Of a stretch of DNA of 64,000 nt, positions 9,215-21,231 are shown piece after piece; the stretch's first letter is position 1; every line of letters begins with the position of its first letter. Location of the stretch: contig CACYZF010000004.1 of assembly GCA_902778895.1 (NCBI GenBank), forward strand, positions 69,821 to 133,820, in the 5' to 3' direction. Made by a program: the position numbers and the translations under genes. Under the pieces are notes generated by a model. That model ran no database searches, was not told where the DNA came from, and saw only the letters and a list, made by a program, of their open reading frames with translations. Source of the stretch: an uncultured bacterium (GTDB lineage Bacteria > Verrucomicrobiota > Lentisphaeria > Victivallales > UBA1829).

Positions 9215-9757
9215 TCACTCGGAAAGTTTGATCCCGGTGAGTTTGGAAATCTGCCGGAGATATTCGTCTTTGTCCGGTACGCCGGGAATGGTGCCGAGAA
9301 TCTTCTTTCCGTCGGAGGCCAGGACGACCGTGCACGGATAGACGGCCGGGACGCTGAGCGATTTCCTCAGCGACCGATTGGCGGAGATCTGTTCCTCCGG
9401 CGCGTCGGTATTCACGAAATGCTGAACATACAGCCCGACCACGGCCGGACGGATTGATGCGGCATATTCTTTGGAACGGAGGATCGAGGATTCGAATTTT
9501 CTGCTTGCGGAACTCCAGTCCGGCCCGGTAAACAGGATGAGGATTGGCTTGTCGTCCTTCGCCGCCTCGGCGCGGGCGTCTTTCAGGCGGAGATGCCAGC
9601 CTGTTCCGGCGTTCTTCGCATCGGGAAGAATCCACCCGGATTCGTCGGCGTTCGGCGCGGGGTCGGCCGCGCGGAGTCCGGCGGACGCAAAGAACAGGGC
9701 CAGGACCGCGCAGGTTACGCGGAAAACGGGAAGGAACCGTGAAAAGGTGGATTTCAT
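9215..9757 (-). CDS. secreted thioredoxin-fold protein lacking the CxxC pair
   Basis: Start trimmed to MKSTFSRF, which is followed by a signal peptide. KPILILFTGPDWSSASRKF aligns to the DWCxWC active-site region of thioredoxin-family proteins, but both Cys are Ser. Confidence 0.55.
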   Translation of the reverse strand: MKSTFSRFLPVFRVTCAVLALFFASAGLRAADPAPNADESGWILPDAKNAGTGWHLRLKDARAEAAKDDKPILILFTGPDWSSASRKFESSILRSKEYAASIRPAVVGLYVQHFVNTDAPEEQISANRSLRKSLSVPAVYPCTVVLASDGKKILGTIPGVPDKDEYLRQISKLTGIKLSE

Positions 9758-9774
9758 AGGATACCCCGTAAAGA

Positions 9775-11181
9775 TCAGTTGGGAATAGCGAGGGAGCAGG
9801 GGCCGTTCTGGCAGCCGCCGCTGCATCCGAGCACCTCAATGAAATTGGCGTGCGACCTGCCGAACAGGAAAAGATGGAGCAGTTTCAGCGTCTGGGCGTT
9901 GATGCCGTCGATAAACTTCTCCTGAAGCTCAAGTTCGGGTTCGGATTCGAGCGCGGCGGCGAGCATGGCTCCCGTAGCGGCGCAGGTGCGCGAGAAATCG
10001 TGTTCCATCTCGTCCGGATCCTGCGGGATGTAGTCCTGCGGTTCCAGTTCGGCTCCGCCGAGCGCGATCAGGATCGCACCGAGCTCCTCAACCGTGATCA
10101 CGCGGTCCACGCCCGGGCAGGACAGGGATTCGTAGCGTTTGGCGATGCAGGGGCCGATGAAGATGTTGACTGCGTCGGGATAAAGCTCGCGGGCTTTCCT
10201 GCCGGCAAGTGCCATGGCGCTCGGTACGGACGAGAGGTAAGGTCGCATGGCCGGGAGATGGCGCCGGACAAGCTCGACGAACGCCGGACAGCTGGAATCG
10301 GCGACGAGTTTGCCGCCGAGTTTCATCTTACGGATGAACTCCTCCGCGGCCATGCCCGCCGCAGTCTCGGCGGCATCGGCGACCTCGAGGATCTCCGAGA
10401 AGCCGACCTTTTTCAGTGATTTGAACAGTTTTTCGCGTCCGCCGGGGAACTGGTTGAGCGTGGAGGGGGCGACGAGCGCGACGGCCTGACGGCCTTCGCT
10501 CAGGAGCTTCAGTACGGGCATGAACTCGGAACGCTGCATGACGGCGCCGTAGGGGCAGGCGCGGAAGCATTTGCCGCAGAATGTGCATTTCTTGAAGTCG
10601 ATCTCGGCGAATCCCTGTTCATTTTTTTTGATCGCGCCGACGGGGCAGGCGGCCTCGCAGGGGATCGGGAAACGTTTGATCGCGTTGTAGAGGCAGACGT
10701 CGATGAGGCATTTGCCGCATTGCACGCAGGAATCCTGGTTGATGAACGCCTTGCCGCGCATGATGTTGATGGCGTTGTTCGGGCAGACGTGGATGCAAGT
10801 CTGCGCAAAACAGTTGCGGCAGAGGCTCTGGACGACCTCGATTTTTGCGTCGGCGCAGCTGGAGCATCCGGAACGGGCGATCGTGAGGGGGCGTTCCGGC
10901 CGTTCGGAATCCGCAGAAACAAGTTCAAGATATTCGTGCGGGAACCGGCTGTCGTCGCCCTCGTCCTGTGCGTCGAATCCGAGGAGCGCCATGATGCGGC
11001 AGCGGAGCACTTCGCGGTCATGCGCCAGACAGCAGTGGAGCGGCTTGGATCCGGACGGCTTCACGTAGCAGGGGAGCTTGTCGATCGTATCCGGGAGCGT
11101 CCCTTTCTGAAACTCGCATGCGAGCCGGATCATGAGTTCGCGGCGCTGGCGTTCGGGACTGTTGGAATACTCCATGTTCAT
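9775..11181 (-). CDS. [FeFe]-hydrogenase-like Fe-S protein (4Fe-4S ferredoxin domains plus H-cluster-type domain)
   Basis: Start trimmed to MNMEYSN (ATGA overlap with the upstream stop, GGAGGAGG upstream). Several CxxCxxCxxxCP clusters. H-domain motif equivalents are SSCPAF (L1), GPCIAKRYE (L2) and LGCSGGCQNGPC (L3). Confidence 0.7.
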   Translation of the reverse strand: MNMEYSNSPERQRRELMIRLACEFQKGTLPDTIDKLPCYVKPSGSKPLHCCLAHDREVLRCRIMALLGFDAQDEGDDSRFPHEYLELVSADSERPERPLTIARSGCSSCADAKIEVVQSLCRNCFAQTCIHVCPNNAINIMRGKAFINQDSCVQCGKCLIDVCLYNAIKRFPIPCEAACPVGAIKKNEQGFAEIDFKKCTFCGKCFRACPYGAVMQRSEFMPVLKLLSEGRQAVALVAPSTLNQFPGGREKLFKSLKKVGFSEILEVADAAETAAGMAAEEFIRKMKLGGKLVADSSCPAFVELVRRHLPAMRPYLSSVPSAMALAGRKARELYPDAVNIFIGPCIAKRYESLSCPGVDRVITVEELGAILIALGGAELEPQDYIPQDPDEMEHDFSRTCAATGAMLAAALESEPELELQEKFIDGINAQTLKLLHLFLFGRSHANFIEVLGCSGGCQNGPCSLAIPN

Positions 11182-11453
11182 GCCTCCTCCTGCCGGTTCA
11201 TGATCTCGGTGATGGCCGCGCAGACCGATTCCAGCGTGGCGTTCTGGATGAGCTGGCCGTTGATGCGGGCGAACGGAGCCTTCGCGAGGTCCAGGCACCC
11301 GCAGTCCACGGGACACGGCGACACCATCAGTTCGATGTTCGGAAGCCATTTTTCAGGCAAATGCGCTCCGATGTTCAGGATTCGGGCATTCCCCAGCATG
11401 TAGCAGGTCATGCCGCAGAAGATTTCCACTTCGATTTTCGTGTCGTCGCTCAT
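11178..11453 (-). CDS. small thioredoxin-like [2Fe-2S] ferredoxin (NuoE-C-terminal type)
   Basis: Start trimmed to MSDDTKIEV, with GAAAAGGAA upstream. Cys pattern is FCGMTC...SPCPVDCGC. Translationally coupled to the hydrogenase-like gene. Confidence 0.55.
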   Translation of the reverse strand: MSDDTKIEVEIFCGMTCYMLGNARILNIGAHLPEKWLPNIELMVSPCPVDCGCLDLAKAPFARINGQLIQNATLESVCAAITEIMNRQEEA

Positions 11454-11905
11454 GTATGCAGTTCCTTTTCTCCGCGGGCCGGGCTGAAAGAATGGGCGCA
11501 GGCGGTTTTGGTGTCCTGTCCGTGTGAAAGAATAGCCGATACAGGAAAATACACGCTTTTTCCGTGATTTCAACCGCCGAGATAGTAAAAAATTGAAGAA
11601 AAGCGGAAAAATACGGAAAAATCCACCGGATAAACAGAAAATCTGATCTGTTTTTGCGAAATATTCGTATTTTTATGGGAAGCCATTCTTCCACGGAAAA
11701 AGGCTTTCCGCTTGCATTTTCCCCTTTCCGGGTGTATGGTATTTTCCTTCGTCCGCGGAAAGGACCGGGTGAATCGTGTGCGAATCACGAACTGTCGAGC
11801 AACCGTGAGCTGAGCTTGACTCCAGCGAGCCGGATCCCCGCTTTTCCGTGTTTTTTCTGCGCCGGATCGTCTCCGGCATTTGTGCCCGTCACGCAAAGAG
11901 GAAAA

Positions 11906-12748
11906 ATGAAACGTCATACCCGCCCGGTCCCGGGGAAACATGCCTGTCCCGTCGTGCGCCGGTTTACTCTGGTCGAACTTCTGGTCGTGATCGCGATCAT
12001 CGCGGTCCTTGCCGGACTGCTTCTGCCCGCGCTGTCGTCGTCGCGGGACCGTGCCCGGCTGGCGCTCTGCCTCGGCAACATCCGCGAAGTCACCCTGATG
12101 CACCTCCTTTATGTCGATGCGAGCGGCGGTTATTTCTGTCCCGCCTGGGATTCCTCGTTTGCGAGCTGGGAATCCTCCGCCGACCATCGCGGACCGGGCA
12201 TTCTCTCCCGTGTCGTGCCGGACTCCGGCGCGGCAAAAGGTCGCGTCTTCGAGTGTCCCGCCGCGAAAACCGCCCTCTACTCCAACCTTGCCTGGACTGC
12301 GCGTTACGCCGGTTACGGCATGAACAACCAGCTTTCCTTCAAAGACCCGTCCGCATCACCGCCGAACTACCGTCCCTGCCGTATCCAGACCGTGAAGACG
12401 CCGTCGCGTCTGGTCCTTCTCGCCGATTCCGCGTGTTTCCTCGCGGGGACCGACGGTCGTCCCGCGCCGACCGCGTACCTGTACAATCCGTCTTCGGGCA
12501 GGGGAGGTTATGCCGACTTCCGGCATTCCAAATCGTGCGCCGCGGCATTCGTGGACGGACACGCGTCATCCTGGCAGGCTTTCGCGCCGCGTCCGGCGGA
12601 TTCGTCCGGCTGGGAGGATCGCGTCGGCTACCTGTCTCCCGACGATTCCCTGTACGATCCCTTCTGGCGGGATCCCCCCGCCGAAGAGAAAGAAGCGGAG
12701 GACGTTCCGTCCGCCGGACCGTCCAATCCCCATTTTTTGGAAAGATAA
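11906..12748 (+). CDS. prepilin-type N-terminal cleavage/methylation domain protein, HX9DG (DUF1559-like) family
   Basis: Start trimmed to MKRH. RFTLVELLVVIAIIAVLAGLLLPAL is a type IV pilin-like leader. FRHSKSCAAAFVDGHA is the H-X9-DG motif. Confidence 0.8.
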   Translation: MKRHTRPVPGKHACPVVRRFTLVELLVVIAIIAVLAGLLLPALSSSRDRARLALCLGNIREVTLMHLLYVDASGGYFCPAWDSSFASWESSADHRGPGILSRVVPDSGAAKGRVFECPAAKTALYSNLAWTARYAGYGMNNQLSFKDPSASPPNYRPCRIQTVKTPSRLVLLADSACFLAGTDGRPAPTAYLYNPSSGRGGYADFRHSKSCAAAFVDGHASSWQAFAPRPADSSGWEDRVGYLSPDDSLYDPFWRDPPAEEKEAEDVPSAGPSNPHFLER

Positions 12749-12772
12749 AGACCTGAAGATTCCCTTTCCGGC

Positions 12773-12804
12773 TTGTTTATTCGGGAAAACGTGCTATATT
12801 ATAG
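12773..12804 (+). promoter_or_regulatory. sigma70-like promoter of the NuoE/F-type operon
   Basis: TTGTTT-N16-TATATTATAG, 65 nt upstream of the ATG at 12869. Confidence 0.4.
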
Positions 12805-12868
12805 TTTGCGCATAATACAAACAACCTGCACATTCTACCCACCCATCAACACACCCACAGGGGAAATC

Positions 12869-13324
12869 ATGAACAGTGCTTTTTCCTACCTCGGAGAAGT
12901 GGAACCCGACAAGGGCAACCTGATCAAGGGGCTCCAGCTCATCCAGACCCGCGAAGGATACGTCTCGAACGACGGAATCCTGGCGGCCGCCGAACATTTC
13001 GGCATCCCGGCCGCGGAAGTCGAGGGCGTCCTCACATTCTACGCCCAGTTCAAACGCACCAAACCCGGCAAGTACAAACTCAGCGTCTGCGACGGAACCG
13101 CCTGCCATATCAAGGGCTCCACGCAGATCCGCGCCTGGGTCTCCGCCGAACTCGGAATCGGCGACGGCGAGACCACCGAAGACGGCCTTTTCTCCATTGA
13201 AACGGTCGCGTGCCTCGGCTGCTGCTCCCTAGCACCCGTCCTCTCCATCAACGGACGCGTCTACGGCAAGCTCGACCGCAAGAGCCTGACTAAGATCCTC
13301 AACGAGTACAAAGCGAAAGGCTGA
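12869..13324 (+). CDS. NuoE/HydC-like [2Fe-2S] subunit
   Basis: Start trimmed to MNSAF. LTFYAQFKRTKPGKYKLSVCDGTACHIKG and VACLGCCSLAPV match the thioredoxin-like 2Fe-2S motif. Confidence 0.85.
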   Translation: MNSAFSYLGEVEPDKGNLIKGLQLIQTREGYVSNDGILAAAEHFGIPAAEVEGVLTFYAQFKRTKPGKYKLSVCDGTACHIKGSTQIRAWVSAELGIGDGETTEDGLFSIETVACLGCCSLAPVLSINGRVYGKLDRKSLTKILNEYKAKG

Positions 13325-13330
13325 TCCGCC

Positions 13331-15061
13331 ATGGCAGACATCAAACGCATTAAAGTCGGGACCGCCTCCTGCGGTCTGGCCGCCGGAGCGGGCGCCGTAC
13401 TCGAAGCCATCCGCAAGCAGGCCGGCAATATCCCCGTCAGCGAAACCGGCTGCATGGGCCACTGCTACGCCGAACCGATCGTCGAACTCGAACTCACCGA
13501 CGGCTCCAGCATTTTCTACGGCCGCGTGAAGGGCACCGACGAGGCCGCCGCCGCCATCCTCGCGCAGAGCGAAGAAGGCCGGTTCGTCTTCCCGGAGAAG
13601 CGCTCCAAGCTTGAAAAACTTCTTGTGACCCGCCTCGCCGGACACATCAACCCCGTCTCCCTCGACGAATACAAGGCGAACGGCGGTTTCTCCGCCCTCG
13701 AAAAAGTCCTGACCATGACCCCCGAACAGGTCGTCGACGCGGTCAAGGCCTCCGGCCTCCGCGGACGCGGCGGCGCGGGCTTCCCCACCGGCATGAAGTG
13801 GAGCTTCCTCGCGGCGAAGAAAGTCCCGGACAAAGTCCAGATCTGCAATGCCGACGAAGGCGACCCGGGCGCGTTCATGGACCGCTCCATGATGGAAAGC
13901 GTTCCCTACCAGGTCCTCGAAGGCATGCTCATCGGCGCGTATGCCACAGGTGCGACCCGCCTCTTCATCTACTGTCGCGCGGAATATCCGCTGGCCATCA
14001 AACACCTTACGATCGCCATCGACGAGATGAAGAAGGCTGGCCTCAACAAGCTCCCGGGCCGCGAAGCCCCGCTTGAGATCACGATCAAGGAAGGCGCGGG
14101 CGCGTTCGTCTGCGGCGAAGAGACTGCCATGATCCACTCGCTCGAAGGCAAGCGCGGCACCCCGCGTTTCCGTCCGCCGTTCCCCACGGACAGCGGCTGG
14201 AACACCCTCCCGACCGCCATCAACAACGTCGAGACGTTCGCGAACATCCCGATCATCTTCCAGATCGGCGCGGACGCCTACGCCGCCATCGGCACGGAAA
14301 AGAGCAAGGGCACCAAGATCTTCGCCCTCGCCGGCGACGTGAAGACCCCGGGCCTCGTCGAGGTCCCCATGGGCATCACGCTCGGCGAGATCGTGTACGA
14401 CATCGGCGGAGCCGAGCCCGGCACCGTGAAGGCCGTCCAGACCGGCGGTCCCTCCGGCGGCTGCATCCCGGCCTCCGAATTCGGCGTGAAGATCGACTAC
14501 GACTCCCTCGGCAAGCTCGGCGCGATCATGGGCTCCGGCGGACTCATCGTGATCGGCAACAACCGCTGCATGGTGGAGACCGCGCGCTACTTCCTGAACT
14601 TCACCCGCCGCGAATCCTGCGGCAAGTGCACGTTCTGCCGCGTCGGCACCACCCGTATGTACGAAGCGCTCGAACGCATCACCTCCGGCAAGGGCTCCAT
14701 GGATGACATCGCGTTCCTGGAGGACATCGCGCCGAAGATCAAGAAGGGCGCGCTCTGCGGCCTCGGCCAGACGGCCCCAAACCCCGCGCTCTCCACGCTG
14801 CGTTACTTCAAGAACGAATACCTCGCGCACGTTCAGGATCACGTCTGCGAAGCGCTCGCCTGCCCCGCGCTCGTCGACGTCGCCATCGACCCGGCCAAGT
14901 GCATCAAGTGCAAGCTCTGCGTGAAGACCTGCCCGGTCGGCGCGATCGACCCGGCCAACAACTTCTCGGTCGACAACGCCAAGTGCACCAAGTGCAACTC
15001 CTGCATCGAAGTCTGCCCGAAGAAGGCCGTCTCCCGCGTCCGCAAACAATCCGCAAACTGA
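13331..15061 (+). CDS. NuoF/HydB-like NAD(H)-binding FMN/Fe-S subunit
   Basis: GLRGRGGAGFPTGMKW, NADEGDPGAF, ESCGKCTFCR, and two C-terminal 4Fe-4S ferredoxin motifs. Confidence 0.9.
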   Translation: MADIKRIKVGTASCGLAAGAGAVLEAIRKQAGNIPVSETGCMGHCYAEPIVELELTDGSSIFYGRVKGTDEAAAAILAQSEEGRFVFPEKRSKLEKLLVTRLAGHINPVSLDEYKANGGFSALEKVLTMTPEQVVDAVKASGLRGRGGAGFPTGMKWSFLAAKKVPDKVQICNADEGDPGAFMDRSMMESVPYQVLEGMLIGAYATGATRLFIYCRAEYPLAIKHLTIAIDEMKKAGLNKLPGREAPLEITIKEGAGAFVCGEETAMIHSLEGKRGTPRFRPPFPTDSGWNTLPTAINNVETFANIPIIFQIGADAYAAIGTEKSKGTKIFALAGDVKTPGLVEVPMGITLGEIVYDIGGAEPGTVKAVQTGGPSGGCIPASEFGVKIDYDSLGKLGAIMGSGGLIVIGNNRCMVETARYFLNFTRRESCGKCTFCRVGTTRMYEALERITSGKGSMDDIAFLEDIAPKIKKGALCGLGQTAPNPALSTLRYFKNEYLAHVQDHVCEALACPALVDVAIDPAKCIKCKLCVKTCPVGAIDPANNFSVDNAKCTKCNSCIEVCPKKAVSRVRKQSAN

Positions 15062-15071
15062 GGTAACGCCC

Positions 15072-17108
15072 ATGTCAGATATCATCTTCAAAATCGACGG
15101 CCGCGAGGTCGCCGCTCAGCCGGGCGAGACCATCCTTCAGGCCGCCGCCCGCATCGGCGTGGAGATACCCACGCTCTGCTTCAACCAGAAAATCTCCAAG
15201 ACCACCAGCTGCTTCGTCTGCGTCGTGAAGGACTGCAAGACCGGGAAGTTCCTTCCCTCCTGCTCCGCCTGCCCGGCCCCCGGACAGGAGATCGACGCCT
15301 CCTCCGACGAGGTGAAGGACATGCGCCGCACCGCCCTCTCCCTGCTCGTCTCCGAGCACACCGGCGACTGCGAAGCGCCCTGCACACTCGCCTGCCCCGC
15401 CCACGCCACCGTCGAGGAATACGTCCGCGCCGGCCGCAACGGCGACTTCAGAAAGGCCCTTGAGATCATCAAGCAGCGCATCCCGCTGCCGATGTCCGTC
15501 GGCCGCGTCTGCCCCCGTTTCTGCGAGCGCGACTGCCGCCGCAACATCGGAGGTAAGCCCGTCTCCATCAACGACGTGAAGCGCCTCTCCGCCGACATGT
15601 ACTACGACACCTACATGGAAGACCTGCCCGCCCTCAACGGCAAGCGCGTCGCCATCGTCGGCGCGGGCCCCGCTGGCCTCTCCGCCGCGTACTACCTCCG
15701 CCTCCAGGGCGTCTCCTCGTTCCTCTTCGAACAGATGCCCGAAGCGGGCGGCATGCTCCGCTACGGCATCCCGGAATTCCGCCTCCCAAAGGACACGCTC
15801 CGCAAGGAACTCGCCCACTTCGGCAAGATGGGCGGCATTGAGATCCGCACTGGCCAGACCATGGGCGAGGACTTCACGATCGAACAGCTCGAACAGGATT
15901 TCGACGCCGTGATCCTGGCCGTCGGCTCCTGGGCCTCCAGCTCCATGCGCATTGACGGCGAAGAAGCCGCGCAGAAGGGCATCCGGTGGCTCGGCGACAT
16001 CGCCGGCAAGAACTGGAAGGACTGCCCGAATCCCGGACGCACTATCGTGGTCGGCGGCGGTAACACCGCCATCGACTGCGCGCGTACTGCGCTCCGTCTC
16101 GGCGGCGACGTGACCATCGTGTACCGCCGCACACGTAACGAGATGCCCGCGCAGGCCATCGAAGTTGACGAGGCCATGGAGGAAGGCGTCAAGTTCGAAT
16201 TCCTCACCGCGCCCGCCGCCCTCACGAAGAACGCCGACGGCTCCCTCGCGCTCTCCTGCGCCCGTATGCAACTCGGCGAGCCTGACGCCTCCGGACGCCG
16301 TTCCCCGGTTCTGATCCCCGGCTCCGAGTTCAAGCTCCAGGCCGACACCGTGATCTCCGCCATCGGCCAGCGCACCGTCGTGCCCGAAGGCTTCGCCGCC
16401 TCCAAGCGCGGCTTCGAGATCTCTGCCGACGATTTCTCCTGCTCCGGCAGAAAGAAAGTCTTCGCCGCGGGCGACTGCGTGTCCGGCCCCGCCACCGTCG
16501 TGGAAGCACTCGCCGCGGGCCGCAAGGCCGCGCTCTCCGTCGTTGATTTCCTGAACGGCGTCCCGCACAAGGCTCCGTATGAATTCAACGTCTCCCGCGG
16601 CCACTGGCGTTCCCTCGCGAAGGAAGACCTCGTCTACATCCGCCAGGTCTCCGACGCCGAGCGCATCCAGCCCGAATACATCCCGCTGGAGGAACGCAAG
16701 ACCACGTTCCACGAACTGTATCCGACGTTCACGCAGGAACAGGTCTCCGGCGAAGCCGACCGCTGCATCGAGTGCAGCTGCACCGGCAAGCACGACTGCC
16801 TGCTGAAGAAGCATTCGACCGCCTATGGCGTGAATCCCGACGCCTACAAGGGCACGAAACCCATCTCCGCCGTCGACGTCCGCCACAAGTACATCATCCA
16901 CGACAAGCAGAAATGCATCCGTTGCGGCACCTGCGTGAAAGTCTGCTCCGAAGTCATCAATAAGTCCCTTCTCGGTATGATGAAACGCGGATTCCACACC
17001 ATGGTCGACACGACCTTCGGGCAGGGACTCCCGGACTACTGCGTCGACTGCGGCGCATGCGTCAAGGAATGTCCCACCGGCGCGCTCGACTGGAAGAAGA
17101 AAGAGTAA
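15072..17108 (+). CDS. 2Fe-2S ferredoxin / GltD(NfnB)-like FAD-NAD(P) oxidoreductase / 4Fe-4S fusion subunit
   Basis: N-terminal plant-type 2Fe-2S region (IDGREVAAQPGETILQAA). Dinucleotide fold VAIVGAGPAGLSAAYYL and a second one, IVVGGGNTAIDCA. C-terminal CxxCxxC clusters. Confidence 0.8.
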   Translation: MSDIIFKIDGREVAAQPGETILQAAARIGVEIPTLCFNQKISKTTSCFVCVVKDCKTGKFLPSCSACPAPGQEIDASSDEVKDMRRTALSLLVSEHTGDCEAPCTLACPAHATVEEYVRAGRNGDFRKALEIIKQRIPLPMSVGRVCPRFCERDCRRNIGGKPVSINDVKRLSADMYYDTYMEDLPALNGKRVAIVGAGPAGLSAAYYLRLQGVSSFLFEQMPEAGGMLRYGIPEFRLPKDTLRKELAHFGKMGGIEIRTGQTMGEDFTIEQLEQDFDAVILAVGSWASSSMRIDGEEAAQKGIRWLGDIAGKNWKDCPNPGRTIVVGGGNTAIDCARTALRLGGDVTIVYRRTRNEMPAQAIEVDEAMEEGVKFEFLTAPAALTKNADGSLALSCARMQLGEPDASGRRSPVLIPGSEFKLQADTVISAIGQRTVVPEGFAASKRGFEISADDFSCSGRKKVFAAGDCVSGPATVVEALAAGRKAALSVVDFLNGVPHKAPYEFNVSRGHWRSLAKEDLVYIRQVSDAERIQPEYIPLEERKTTFHELYPTFTQEQVSGEADRCIECSCTGKHDCLLKKHSTAYGVNPDAYKGTKPISAVDVRHKYIIHDKQKCIRCGTCVKVCSEVINKSLLGMMKRGFHTMVDTTFGQGLPDYCVDCGACVKECPTGALDWKKKE

Positions 17109-17141
17109 GCGTCACAGCGCCTTACGCTGATTCCTTATCGC

Positions 17142-17173
17142 GGACCCGGACTCACCTCCGGGTCCGTTTTTTT
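17142..17173 (+). terminator. intrinsic terminator after the oxidoreductase operon
   Basis: GGACCCGGA (17142-17150) pairs with TCCGGGTCC (17157-17165), followed by T8. Confidence 0.6.
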
Positions 17174-17351
17174 GTGCTTTTTGGGCAAAGAAAAAGGCGT
17201 TCCACATTGTCTGTCAAAGCAAAAATAGATATGATTATATTTAATCATAATCTTCTCTTTGTTTATGTCGTGGATGTCGCATCATTTTTTGATAGACCGT
17301 TTTTTTTTCGAAAAAAATGCGTTTTTTCTTCGCGCGTATACGCGTACGCGC

Positions 17352-20103
<2,752 letters not shown>

Positions 20104-20133
20104 CATTTTCACACCGAAAGGAATCCACCAGCC

Positions 20134-21231
20134 ATGGCGGACAAAGAATCCAAGAAAGCCGCAGCGGCGGCAGCCGCGCCCGACCGCGATAAAAACCTGA
20201 ACGTGGCCCTCGCGCAGATCGAGAAGGAGTTCGGCAAGGGCTCCATCATGCGCCTCGGCGACAACCACACCGTCGACGTCCCGGTCATCAGCACCGGCGC
20301 TCTCTCGCTCGACATTGCGCTCGGCATCATGGGCCTGCCCCGCGGCCGCATCATCGAAATCTTCGGCCCCGAATCCTCCGGCAAGACCACGCTGTGCATG
20401 CACGTGATCGCGAACGCCCAGAAGGCGGGCGGCACCGCGGCGTTCATCGACGCCGAGCACGCCGTCGATCCGGCCTACGCCAAGCGCATCGGCGTGAACA
20501 TCGACAATCTGCTGATCTCCCAGCCCGACTGCGGCGAGGATGCGCTGAACATCGCCGAGATGCTCGTGCGCAGCAATGCCGTCGACGTGCTGGTCATCGA
20601 CTCCGTCGCCGCCCTCGTTCCGAAGAGCGAACTCGAAGGCAACATCGGCGACTCCTTCATGGGCCTCCAGGCCAGACTGATGTCCCAGGCGCTCCGCAAG
20701 CTCACGCCCGCCATCAGCCGCAGCCGCACCTGCTGCATCTTCACCAACCAGATCCGCGAGAAGATCGGCGTGATGTTCGGCAACCCCGAGACGACCACCG
20801 GCGGCAACGCCATGAAGTTCTACTGCTCCATCCGCCTCGACATCCGCCGCATCCAGGCCATCAAGAACGCCAACGGCGAATCCGTCGGCGCCCGCACGAA
20901 GGTCAAGGTCGTGAAGAACAAGCTCGCCGCGCCGTTCCGCGTCGCCGAGTTCGACATCAACTGGAACGAAGGCATTTCCCGCATCGGTTCCATCCTCGAC
21001 GTCGCGCTCGACATGGGCATCATCGAAAAACGCGGCTCCTGGTTCTCCTTCGGCAGCGAACAGCTCGCGCAGGGACGCGACGCCGTGAAGGCGCTCCTCA
21101 CCGAGAAGCCCGAGCTTGCCGACCAGATCTACCAGAAGATCAAGGAAAAACTCGCCGCCCAGAAGGCCGATGTTTCGGCCGAAGACGCCGCCGGCGCTCA
21201 GGCGGAAGCATCCGGCGAGGCGAATGCTTAA
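20134..21231 (+). CDS. recA: recombinase RecA
   Basis: [15 protein letters not shown], Walker [20 protein letters not shown]-like block, NALKFY-like block ([15 protein letters not shown]). Confidence 0.97.
   Translation: MADKESKKAAAAAAAPDRDKNLNVALAQIEKEFGKGSIMRLGDNHTVDVPVISTGALSLDIALGIMGLPRGRIIEIFGPESSGKTTLCMHVIANAQKAGGTAAFIDAEHAVDPAYAKRIGVNIDNLLISQPDCGEDALNIAEMLVRSNAVDVLVIDSVAALVPKSELEGNIGDSFMGLQARLMSQALRKLTPAISRSRTCCIFTNQIREKIGVMFGNPETTTGGNAMKFYCSIRLDIRRIQAIKNANGESVGARTKVKVVKNKLAAPFRVAEFDINWNEGISRIGSILDVALDMGIIEKRGSWFSFGSEQLAQGRDAVKALLTEKPELADQIYQKIKEKLAAQKADVSAEDAAGAQAEASGEANA

Noticed and set aside
9775-11349. N-terminal extensions of several track ORFs (for example 9775-11349, 11654-12748, 12773-13324, 23857-24726, 38564-39757, 46415-48199, 52916-54022, 53940-55175 and 56338-57285)
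   Set aside because: The extensions overlap upstream genes or are Arg/Pro-rich. Internal ATG codons with an RBS or a stop-start overlap give products that begin at the conserved N termini, so I trimmed the starts.
13229-16997. 620-aa and 640-aa - strand ORFs (13229-15091, 15075-16997)
   Set aside because: They run antisense to the NuoF-like and GltD-like genes, whose cofactor motifs are unambiguous. The - strand products are Gly/Ala/Asp/Val low-complexity sequence.
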